DNA of 64,000 nt from an uncultured Phycisphaeraceae bacterium (lineage in GTDB: Bacteria; Planctomycetota; Phycisphaerae; UBA1845). Location of the stretch: positions 52,694 through 116,693 of the forward strand of contig CAZGJA010000089.1 in NCBI GenBank assembly GCA_964526695.1, read 5' to 3'. A program made the position numbers and the translations under genes. Under the pieces are notes generated by a model that saw only the letters and a program-made list of their open reading frames with translations, searched no databases and was not told the DNA's origin. Positions 20,730-28,768 of the stretch are shown here, one piece after another. The first letter of the stretch is position 1, and every line of letters starts with the position of its first letter.

Positions 20730-21382
20730 CGGCAGCGGAAAGCGAATCCCCCAACTCGCGGCGAGAATCTTCGCCGACATCCACGTCTCGGGGGCCGGTG
20801 TGAGTTCAGCCCAGCGTCTTAGCGCATGGGGCGGCTGCGTCGCGCGTACTCCTTAGAACGCGAGTTCGTCGGGGCGTCTCCTTCGCCCCTGCCGGGGCGA
20901 GGGGCAATGGATTCGCGACAACCCCAGGTTCCGCGTCGGGCGGCCGCGTCGCCGCGCCGCTCCACCCGTGGCTACAACCGGCGACCCCTTCGGGGTCAAG
21001 ATCCTCACCGGCGGGAGGAGCAAGTTCTTCACCGTCGCGGTGATACCCAAGTGTCCGGTTTTCACCCCTCACTCCGCCCCGAGGGGGCGAAGGCGTGTAG
21101 CCACGGGCGCAGCGATTGCCGCCACATGCGACCGCAGCGGAACCTGTGGAGTTCGCGGCGCGCATTTTGACGCGGCCCTGAAGGCAGAGATCCCGGCGGG
21201 TCGGGTGCCGCAGAGCTGTCGAGAGAATAGACGGAGGGAGGGTTAGGCGGGGATGGTGGATCGGATCTGGACATGAACCGGTCGTCCATTCGTCACCAGC
21301 AGTTCGACAGGCCAAGCTTGACGACGGGGCTACGACATTGTGCTATTTACCAGCAGTGTGGCTATCATGACGAGGGACAACC

Positions 21383-22084
21383 ATGGGCAAGCGCTGCGTT
21401 TATTGCGGAGTGAAAGGGCGTACTTCCAGTGATCACATTCCCCCGCGTTCTCTTTATTCCCAACCCTATCCGCCAAACTTGATCACGGTTCCCGCTTGCT
21501 CGGCTTGCAACCAGCAAGCCTCCAGGGACGATGAGTATTTCCGCACCGTTATTTCACTGAAAGATTCCACATACTCACATCCTGACGTACAGGCGAATCT
21601 CCCCTCGATCTTCCGGGGACTTCAGAGGCCTGAAAACAAGAATTTCACTCGTTCGTTTCTCAACGGCATCCGCCAATTCAACCTCCGTAGCCCCGGGGGA
21701 ATTCAGTTAGGACACAAGTGGGGCTTTGACGTGGACCTGAGAAGGCTCGATCGCGTAGCCGAGCGGATAGTCAGAGGACTCTTCTTCCACGAGACGCGCA
21801 GGGCACTGCAATACTCCGCCGGGGTGAAGGCATGGTCGGAGGATGGTCTGCGGGACATCCCCATTCCTATTCTTCGCGAATACCAGGAAACAGTCATACG
21901 GCCGCTCTTGGTGTCTCCATCAACATCCATAGGTAACGGGACATTCGAATATCGGTTTCAAGTCTGTGAGGACGAGCCCAACGCCTCGGCTTGGTTGTTG
22001 ACAATGTACCAAGACGTTCGGTTTCTTTGCTTGACGGTACCCAAAGGCCAGACTGCTAATGATTCCTTGTTGCGGAGCGTGTGA
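21383..22084 (+). CDS. HNH-motif (beta-beta-alpha-Me-like) protein with an uncharacterised C-terminal domain
   Basis: N-terminus CVYCG...SSDHIPPRSL...PPNLITVPACSACNQ (CxxC..DH..N..CxxCN). Located in low-GC DNA (48% in the line at 21421). Confidence 0.6.
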   Translation: MGKRCVYCGVKGRTSSDHIPPRSLYSQPYPPNLITVPACSACNQQASRDDEYFRTVISLKDSTYSHPDVQANLPSIFRGLQRPENKNFTRSFLNGIRQFNLRSPGGIQLGHKWGFDVDLRRLDRVAERIVRGLFFHETRRALQYSAGVKAWSEDGLRDIPIPILREYQETVIRPLLVSPSTSIGNGTFEYRFQVCEDEPNASAWLLTMYQDVRFLCLTVPKGQTANDSLLRSV

Positions 22085-22237
22085 TTAGACGCCGCATCCC
22101 AGTCGCAGGTGGATGGTGGATTCCAAGACCAGCGAAGTGGCCGACCGGCCAAGAGCGCCTGGGGATCGTTCAATGGTGTGCCCTTGTATAGCGGGGCACG
22201 CCTCTCGAAACGATGCCTGGTTGCAGACCCATGAGGG

Positions 22238-22867
22238 TCACGGCATGAAGTAAATGCTCTTGATCAACATGGTTGCCAGTGACAAGAGGTCGGCGGCCTC
22301 GTCGTCCGTAGCCATTCGGATTTCATGATTCTCCATGTTTCCAGACTTCCTGATCCTGTCCAGAATACCATGTTGCGGCTTACCAACGACTCCTGCGGAC
22401 TTAAGTTGTTCACAATATTGCTCGAATCTCAATCCCTCTTTTGCTCCTTGCTCAACAGCAATGTGCATAAGTAGCTTTCGGAGCATCAAGACTGTACAAC
22501 TCGCCGCCCCCGTGCTGAAAGCCGATCTTGCCTCGTCGTACAACGAGACCACTAACGAGATTTCCGGAGATTTTCCTCTTGCGTCGAAACGCTCACCAGT
22601 GAGAGGCCTAGGAAGCTGTTTGCCGTTGACAAACGTTGTAGCGACGCTACACGCCGGACAGACTCTAATGTCTCGCGAATGGCTCGCTCCCAATAGTGAA
22701 CCGCCGCTCTGGCGTAGTCCAAGCTCCGAGGCGACGACGACGCCACAATAGCCACACTTGAACTTTTCGTGGTCGGGCGCAGGATGCCAATGTAGTTTTT
22801 CTAGCAATCGCGCAAACTCGTGATTGTCCAACGTGCTGTCCTCCCAATCCGTCATTTCTTCCCTCAA
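22238..22867 (-). CDS. zinc-ribbon plus DUF4145 domain protein
   Basis: CGYCG...CPACS zinc-ribbon-like N-terminus. The C-terminus (AASCTVLMLRKLLMHIAVEQG...LDRIRKSGNMENHE) fits the DUF4145 helical pattern. Low GC (45% in the line at 22321). Confidence 0.65.
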   Translation of the reverse strand: MREEMTDWEDSTLDNHEFARLLEKLHWHPAPDHEKFKCGYCGVVVASELGLRQSGGSLLGASHSRDIRVCPACSVATTFVNGKQLPRPLTGERFDARGKSPEISLVVSLYDEARSAFSTGAASCTVLMLRKLLMHIAVEQGAKEGLRFEQYCEQLKSAGVVGKPQHGILDRIRKSGNMENHEIRMATDDEAADLLSLATMLIKSIYFMP

Positions 22868-22913
22868 GCGAGTGTGGTTCGCATGATGATCTCAAATTGC
22901 TTCCATATCCCGT

Positions 22914-22997
22914 TCACCTCGCCAACCGCCGCACCACCGTCTGCAGGATACCCCCGTTGCGGAGAGGGTCAACGTCGGCGTTCGGGTCCACTCGCCA
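22914..22997 (-). pseudogene. diverged remnant of an aconitase 3' end
   Basis: The minus strand translates to [27 protein letters not shown]-stop, against the acnA C-terminus [27 protein letters not shown]-stop. The terminal 46 nt are 38/46 identical by hand alignment. Confidence 0.55.
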
Positions 22998-23044
22998 ACT
23001 TCCCCTCCGCGCTTGCAAGCGACGCCTCGCGTATTGTTGGAGCA

Positions 23045-23722
23045 TCACGGTTGCGTAGCGCGGACGAAGGGGAACCCATCATAGGCAACGACGAAGGGAT
23101 GCGCCTGGCGCGGCAAGCCCTCGCGATCGGGGTTTTGCTCGATGTACTCCACAACGCGCCGGGCGTCTTCGGGGTTGTACAGGAACACCTTGTACGGTCG
23201 TGCCGACCAGACGGGGTGCTGCGCGTGGACATCCGCGTGGGAACGAACGGCGTCGGCGGTGGCGGCGGCGAACGAGTTCCACATCTTCAGCGCGTCGTCG
23301 CGATGACGGCGGATGCACAGGTGGACGTGATTGCGCAGGACCGCGCACGCCCTCACGGTGTAGCGGTTTTCCGCAGTGAGCTTCCCACAGGCATCCGCAA
23401 CGGCTTGCCTCTTCGCGGCATCGAACCAGAGCGTGGGGAAATCGAGGCGCGGTTCCGCGCGGCGGTAGAACTGCTTCAACGCCGCGCGCGGCGGTTGCAC
23501 GCTTCGGCGACCGTAATGGAGTTCCCCCAGGTCGCTGAGTTTTTTCTCCCGGATATCCCGCGAACCGCTCCCGCGCGGGTCGTTGGGCAACCAGTGCCCG
23601 TACGCGTGGAGGATGAGATGATGACCGATGACGACGCGGCGGTGCGTGCGCGGTGAGGGGTGGCGCGCGCTCTCGCGAAGAGGCAAGCCACTTGGGTCGT
23701 TCTCCGGAATCGACGAAGTCAT
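23045..23722 (-). CDS. REP-associated tyrosine transposase-like protein (RAYT; IS200/IS605 Y1 transposase fold)
   Basis: 225 aa. HLILHAYGHWLPNDPRGS, an HUH-type motif (NHVHLCI) and a catalytic-Tyr motif (VVEYIEQNP). Starts 19 nt downstream of the acnA stop. Confidence 0.8.
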   Translation of the reverse strand: MTSSIPENDPSGLPLRESARHPSPRTHRRVVIGHHLILHAYGHWLPNDPRGSGSRDIREKKLSDLGELHYGRRSVQPPRAALKQFYRRAEPRLDFPTLWFDAAKRQAVADACGKLTAENRYTVRACAVLRNHVHLCIRRHRDDALKMWNSFAAATADAVRSHADVHAQHPVWSARPYKVFLYNPEDARRVVEYIEQNPDREGLPRQAHPFVVAYDGFPFVRATQP

Positions 23723-23741
23723 GGGACTACGGAACTCCCCC

Positions 23742-26663
23742 CTACTTCGCCAACTGCCTAAGCACTGTCTGGAGGATGCCCCCGTTGCGGTAGTAATCCA
23801 CCTCCACCGCCGTGTCCACGCGGCAGATTGCGGTGAACGTTTTCGATTTCCCCGTCTGCGGGTTTGTGGCGACGACCTTTAGCTCCTGGCGCGGTTTGAG
23901 GGTGTCGCCCAGGTCGGGGAGGTCGAAGACTTCGTGGCCGGTGAGGCCGAGGGTCTCGCGCGTCTCGCCCTGCTTGTATTGCAACGGGAGGACGCCCATG
24001 CCGACGAGGTTGCTGCGGTGGATGCGCTCGTAGCTTTCGGCGAGCACGAAGCGGACGCCGAGGAGGAACGTGCCCTTGGCGGCCCAGTCTCGGGAGGAGC
24101 CGGTGCCGTATTCCTTGCCCGCAAGGATGACGGTGGGCGTCCCGGATTCCTTGTATTGCATGGCGGCGTCGAAGATGGGTAGTTCGTCGCTCCGCGACGA
24201 ATGCTCGCAGCGGAGCTGCGAACTACCCGTATCGCAGCGGAGCTGCGAACTACCCTGCGGAGCAGCGCCGAGGAAGATCGTCACGCCGCCTTCGGTGCCC
24301 GGGGCGAGGAGGTTCTTGATGCGCGTGTTGGCGAACGTGCCGCGGGTCATGACGCGGTCATTGCCGCGGCGGGCGCCGTAGCTGTTGAAGTCCGACGGCT
24401 GCACGCCCTTGGAGATCAGGTACTTGCCCGCGGGCGAGTCCTTCTTGATCGAGCCGGCCGGCGAGATGTGATCGGTCGTGACCGAGTCGCCGAGCATGAC
24501 GAGGACGCGGGCGCCGCGGATGGGCTGGATGGGGGATGGGTCGCGTGAGAGGGAGGCGATTTCCGAACGCGGAAGCCCGCCCCCTGCCCCCTCCAGCGGG
24601 GAGGAGTGAAAAGCGGGCGACGACTCCCCGTTGAAGAACGGCGGGTTCTGGATGTAGGTGTTGTCGTCGTCCCAGCGGTAGGTGGGGTCGCTGCCCGCGG
24701 TGATCCTCCGCCACGGCTCGCTGCCTTGGAAGACGTCGGCGTACTGCTCGCGGAACTTGTCGGGGGAGATGCAGGAGGCCAGCGTGTCGCTGATTTCGCG
24801 CGAGCCGGGCCAGAGGTCGCGCAGGAACACGTCGCGCCCGTCGCTGCCTTTGCCCAGCGGCTGCGTGGCGAGGTCAATGTCCACCGTCCCCGCCAGCGCA
24901 TACGCGACGACCAGCGGCGGCGAGGCCAGGTAGTTGGCTTTCACGTGCGAGTGGATGCGGCCTTCGAAGTTGCGGTTCCCGGAGAGGACGGCCGCGGCGA
25001 CGACGTCATGTTCGGTGATGGCCTTCTCGACGGACTCGGGCAGCGGACCGCTGTTGCCGATGCAGGTCGTGCATCCGTAGCCGACGGTGTGGAAGCCGAG
25101 CTTCTCCAGGTACACCGTCAGGCCAGCGTCATTCAGATAGCGCGTCACGACCGTCGAGCCAGGCGCGAGGCTTGTCTTCACGTGCGCGGGGACGGACAGG
25201 CCTCGCTTGACGGCGTTGCGCGCGAGGATCCCCGCGCCGACCATGACCGACGGGTTGGACGTGTTGGTGCAGCTTGTTATTGCGGCGATGACGACGCTGC
25301 CGTCGCGGAGTTTCGACCGGCGGCCGCTCACCTCCACTTCGACTTCGGCGGGCGAGTCGAGGAGGGCCGTGCCGCCGGATGAAGCCGCGGTTGAAGCGGA
25401 TGCGGAAGCGGCTGGCGCAGGTGACGCGCTCGTGGCACTGCGGCCGTAGTTCTTCACCAGCGCCGTGTGCCAGGCGCGTTTCATGTTCGAGAGCGCGACG
25501 CGGTCCTGCGGGCGTCGCGGACCGGCGAGTGACGGCTCGACGGTCGAGAGGTCCAGATCGAGCGAGTCGGTAAAGAGCGGGTCCGGCGCGGCGTCGGTGC
25601 GGAACAGCCCCTGCTCCTTGCAGTAGCGCTCGACGAGGTCGATCAGCTCGTCCGGGCGCGCGGTGAGGCGCAGGTAGCGAAGCGTCTCGTCATCGACGGG
25701 GAAGAAGCCGACGGTCGCACCGTATTCCGGGGCCATATTGGCGATGGTGGCGCGATCCGCCAGCGAGAGCTTGCCTAACCCCTTGCCGTAGAACTCGACG
25801 AACTGCCCGACGACGCCTTTCGCGCGGAGCATCTCGGTCACGCGAAGCACAAGGTCCGTTGCCGTCGCGCCCTCGGGCAGATCGCCGTGCAACCGGAAGC
25901 CCACCACGTCGGGCATGAGCATGTAATTCGGTTGCCCGAGCATCGTGGCCTCGGCTTCGATCCCGCCCACGCCCCAGCCGACCACGCCCAGCCCGTTGAT
26001 CATCGTCGTGTGGCTGTCCGTGCCGACCAAGCTGTCGGGCATGGCGACCACCTTCCCGTCGATCTTCCGCGCGATGACGACTTGCGCGAGGTATTCGAGG
26101 TTGACCTGGTGCACGATGCCCGTGGCCGGCGGGACGACGCGGAAGTTAGCGAAGGCGTTCTGGCCCCAGCGCAGGAATTCGTAGCGCTGCCGGTTGCGCG
26201 AGAACTCGAGATCGGCATTGATGCCGAGGGCGGCGGCGCTGCCGAAGGCGTCCACCTGAACGGAGTGGTCGATGACAAGGTCGATCGGGATGAGCGGGTT
26301 GATCTTCCGCGGATCGCCGCCGAGGCACTGCATGGCGTCGCGCATCGCGGCCAGATCAACGACGCAGGGCACGCCAGTGAAGTCCTGCATGAGGACGCGC
26401 GCGGGCTTGAAGGGGATGTCTTCGCGTACAGCGGCCTTGGGCGCCCACGAGGCCAGCGCCTTCACGTCCTTCTCTGTGACGGAGAATCCGTCACAACTCC
26501 GCAGCGCGCTTTCCAGCAGCACTTTCATCGAGAAAGGGAGACGCGAAACGTTCAGGAAGCCGGCTCGCTCCAGCTTTTGCAGGCTGACGTAAGAAACGTC
26601 GCCTTTGCGGGACGAAAGCTGGGACCAGACGCCGAAGGGATCCGTTTGTGCAGCGGTATTCAT
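23742..26663 (-). CDS. acnA: aconitate hydratase A
   Basis: 973 aa with family blocks throughout ([62 protein letters not shown]). Carries two repeat-derived in-frame insertions. Confidence 0.95.
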   Translation of the reverse strand: MNTAAQTDPFGVWSQLSSRKGDVSYVSLQKLERAGFLNVSRLPFSMKVLLESALRSCDGFSVTEKDVKALASWAPKAAVREDIPFKPARVLMQDFTGVPCVVDLAAMRDAMQCLGGDPRKINPLIPIDLVIDHSVQVDAFGSAAALGINADLEFSRNRQRYEFLRWGQNAFANFRVVPPATGIVHQVNLEYLAQVVIARKIDGKVVAMPDSLVGTDSHTTMINGLGVVGWGVGGIEAEATMLGQPNYMLMPDVVGFRLHGDLPEGATATDLVLRVTEMLRAKGVVGQFVEFYGKGLGKLSLADRATIANMAPEYGATVGFFPVDDETLRYLRLTARPDELIDLVERYCKEQGLFRTDAAPDPLFTDSLDLDLSTVEPSLAGPRRPQDRVALSNMKRAWHTALVKNYGRSATSASPAPAASASASTAASSGGTALLDSPAEVEVEVSGRRSKLRDGSVVIAAITSCTNTSNPSVMVGAGILARNAVKRGLSVPAHVKTSLAPGSTVVTRYLNDAGLTVYLEKLGFHTVGYGCTTCIGNSGPLPESVEKAITEHDVVAAAVLSGNRNFEGRIHSHVKANYLASPPLVVAYALAGTVDIDLATQPLGKGSDGRDVFLRDLWPGSREISDTLASCISPDKFREQYADVFQGSEPWRRITAGSDPTYRWDDDNTYIQNPPFFNGESSPAFHSSPLEGAGGGLPRSEIASLSRDPSPIQPIRGARVLVMLGDSVTTDHISPAGSIKKDSPAGKYLISKGVQPSDFNSYGARRGNDRVMTRGTFANTRIKNLLAPGTEGGVTIFLGAAPQGSSQLRCDTGSSQLRCEHSSRSDELPIFDAAMQYKESGTPTVILAGKEYGTGSSRDWAAKGTFLLGVRFVLAESYERIHRSNLVGMGVLPLQYKQGETRETLGLTGHEVFDLPDLGDTLKPRQELKVVATNPQTGKSKTFTAICRVDTAVEVDYYRNGGILQTVLRQLAK
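24177..24255. repeat. GGGTAGTTCG..CGAACTACCC hairpin-repeat units (three) inside the acnA reading frame
   Basis: gggtagttcgtcgctccgcgacgaa / tgctcgcagcggagctgcgaactaccc / gtatcgcagcggagctgcgaactaccc. Encodes [24 protein letters not shown]. Confidence 0.85.
24530..24625. repeat. CCCCTGCCCCCTCC...GGGGAGG-type repeat unit inside the acnA reading frame
   Basis: Encodes [31 protein letters not shown]. The same DNA family occurs as a tandem pair at 43124-43202. Confidence 0.75.
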
Positions 26664-26909
26664 GGTGATCTCTGTATGTGTGGGTGGGCGGAGTTTCGGG
26701 CTTGGCCACCTGAGCCGCTGCCCGAATCCGCCCCTTGTGCTGTAGATCGGCGATTATGCGGCGTCCGGCGCAGGGGGCAACTGCGCGGGAGGCGGACGGG
26801 CGGCGAATCGCGTCGAAACAGGGTCGGAAGGGGCGTTGCTTGGGATTGGGGGGCAGCTATAATGGCTCGACTTGTCGGATCGTGTGAACCGGGAGCGAGT
26901 GGAATCGTC

Positions 26910-27140
26910 ATGCCGAAGGTCGCGGAAGAGCTGATGAAGATCCTGGTCTGTCCGCAGACCAAGGCGGCGCTCGTTCAGGACGGGGACTGGTTGTATTCAA
27001 CCGACCCGGCCACCCGGCGGCGCTATCCGATCATCGACGGCATCCCGATCATGCTCATCGACCAGTCGCAGGTGGTGGAGCCGGCGGAGTTTCGGCGCGT
27101 GATGGGGCAGGCCGGCGTCGTGGTCGGCCAGCCGGCATAG
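26910..27140 (+). CDS. Trm112 family protein
   Basis: LMKILVCPQTKAALVQDG...RRRYPIIDGIPIMLIDQ is the Trm112/UPF0434 pattern. Only the 3' end of track ORF 25887..27140 is credible. Confidence 0.75.
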   Translation: MPKVAEELMKILVCPQTKAALVQDGDWLYSTDPATRRRYPIIDGIPIMLIDQSQVVEPAEFRRVMGQAGVVVGQPA

Positions 27141-27194
27141 GCAAAGCATCTTGAACCGGACCGCGCTTGCGGCGGTCCTGCGGAGTGGAGCGGA

Positions 27195-27458
27195 ATGGCG
27201 GAGTATCAGCAGAACCAGCAGCAGCAGGGTGAACGGGTGGACCGGGCGCAGGCGCTGATCGCGCGGGCGAAGGATCCCAACTGGCAGGGTCCGTACGTGG
27301 ACTACAAGGAGCTGGACATCCTGCGCAAGTTCCTGACGACCAGCCACAAGCTCATGTCGCGCAAGCGCGGCGGCACGTCAGCGCAGCAGCAGAAGGCGCT
27401 GAAGATCGCGGTGAAGCGCGCCCGCTTCCTGGCGCTGGTTCCGTACTCCGGAACGTGA
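27195..27458 (+). CDS. rpsR: 30S ribosomal protein S18
   Basis: YVDYKELDILRKFLTTSHKLMSRKRGGTSAQQQKALKIAVKRARFLALVPY is the S18 signature region. Confidence 0.9.
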   Translation: MAEYQQNQQQQGERVDRAQALIARAKDPNWQGPYVDYKELDILRKFLTTSHKLMSRKRGGTSAQQQKALKIAVKRARFLALVPYSGT

Positions 27459-27613
27459 TCGCGCTTCCTGATGCCCCACGCGAAAGCGCTCGCCCCTGCA
27501 ACACGCGATAAGGAACCGGATGCCAGCGCCGCATTGCGTGTTTCTTGGGGCGACGGCCGTGGGCAGCGCGCGGGCAGCCTCCGTGGCAGCGGCGCAGCGC
27601 GGCTGCACTCCCT

Positions 27614-28768
27614 TCAAAAAACACGATCCCCTCGGCACAACATCTCGTAGTAGCTCTGATATCGCTGCGCCATGGCGCCGAGCGAGTACGCCTCGGCCTG
27701 ATGTCTTGCGTTGCGCGCCAGGGCCTGGCGCAGCGGTTCGTCGCTGAGGAACCGGATCATCGCGGTCGCCAGTTCGGCGGGGGCAGCGGGGGCGACGAGG
27801 AGACCTGCGGGAGCGGCAAACGGAAGCGCGTGCGCGTCTTGCAGGAGCAGCGGATTGTCGCCGACGCGAGTGGCGACGATGGCCAGCCCGGCGGCCATCG
27901 CTTCGAGCACCGCGTGGCTCATGCCTTCTGAACGGCTGCTGCAAACGTAGGCGTCGCTGCTGCCCAGCAGCGTCGGAACATCCTCGCGCCGGCCGGTGAT
28001 GGCGACGCGGCGCTGCCAGCCGTGGTGTCGAACGCACCGCTCGATCTCCTCGCGCAGGGGTCCGTCGCCGACGAGCAGCAGGCGCGCGTTCGGGTTGAAA
28101 GCCAGCGTCCGGCCAAACGCCTCCAGCAACGAACCGTGATCCTTGACCTCGGTCAGCGAAGCGACGCAGGCGAAGACGAAATCCTCATCGGCGAAGCCCA
28201 GCTCAGCGCGATGCCGTCGCCGCAGGGCCGGGTCGAGCGGCGCGAAGCGCGCGAGGTCCACGCCGTTGGGCAGCACGTCAATTCGATCGGCCGGCGCGCG
28301 GGCTTCCGACATCAGCTTGTCGCGCCCGGCGAATGAAACGCAGCACAGCCGCGCGCCGAGACGAAGCCCCCAGCGCACGCGGCGGAGTTGCGAAGCGGCG
28401 AACGGCCCGTCGTGCTCCAGACCGTGAAACCCGAGCACCAGCCGGCAGTGCGGCATCAGCGCTTTGGCCAGCATCGCGTCCGCCCAGGCGCCCAGCCCCC
28501 GTGCGTGAAGCACGCGCACACGGCGGGCGCGGCAATGCGCGGCGAGCGTCCACCCCAGCCTGGCGGCGCGCCGGCGAGTGTCAAACGCGCGGCACGCCAC
28601 ATGGGCCGGAAGCGCCCGCGCCCCTTCACCCGCCCGGCGAAGCGTGACCACCTCATGCCCGGCGCGCTCCGACTGCATCGCGCCAAGCAGCCGGACGAGA
28701 CCCCGCTCCGTCCCGCCGCCTTCGAGCGAGTCCAGCAGATGGGCCACGCGCAGGGTCGGCTCAGGCAT
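27614..28768 (-). CDS. glycosyltransferase family 4 (GT-B, RfaG-like)
   Basis: 384 aa. N-terminal GGTERG-type motif. C-terminal block SRSEGMSHAVLEAMAAGLAIVATRVG typical of GT4. Confidence 0.85.
   Translation of the reverse strand: MPEPTLRVAHLLDSLEGGGTERGLVRLLGAMQSERAGHEVVTLRRAGEGARALPAHVACRAFDTRRRAARLGWTLAAHCRARRVRVLHARGLGAWADAMLAKALMPHCRLVLGFHGLEHDGPFAASQLRRVRWGLRLGARLCCVSFAGRDKLMSEARAPADRIDVLPNGVDLARFAPLDPALRRRHRAELGFADEDFVFACVASLTEVKDHGSLLEAFGRTLAFNPNARLLLVGDGPLREEIERCVRHHGWQRRVAITGRREDVPTLLGSSDAYVCSSRSEGMSHAVLEAMAAGLAIVATRVGDNPLLLQDAHALPFAAPAGLLVAPAAPAELATAMIRFLSDEPLRQALARNARHQAEAYSLGAMAQRYQSYYEMLCRGDRVF

Noticed and set aside
20800-21382. Structured region upstream of the HNH-motif gene considered as a HEARO / IscB omega-RNA
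   Set aside because: The downstream protein is 233 aa with the HNH-like motif at its extreme N-terminus and no RuvC segments, so it is not IscB-like. The region has host-like high GC, unlike the gene. It is kept only as an unexplained structured or repeat region.
25887-26909. 5' part of the 417-aa plus-strand ORF 25887..27140
   Set aside because: It is antisense to acnA and to the acnA upstream region. Only the last 76 codons (from ATG 26910) look like a real protein (Trm112 family).
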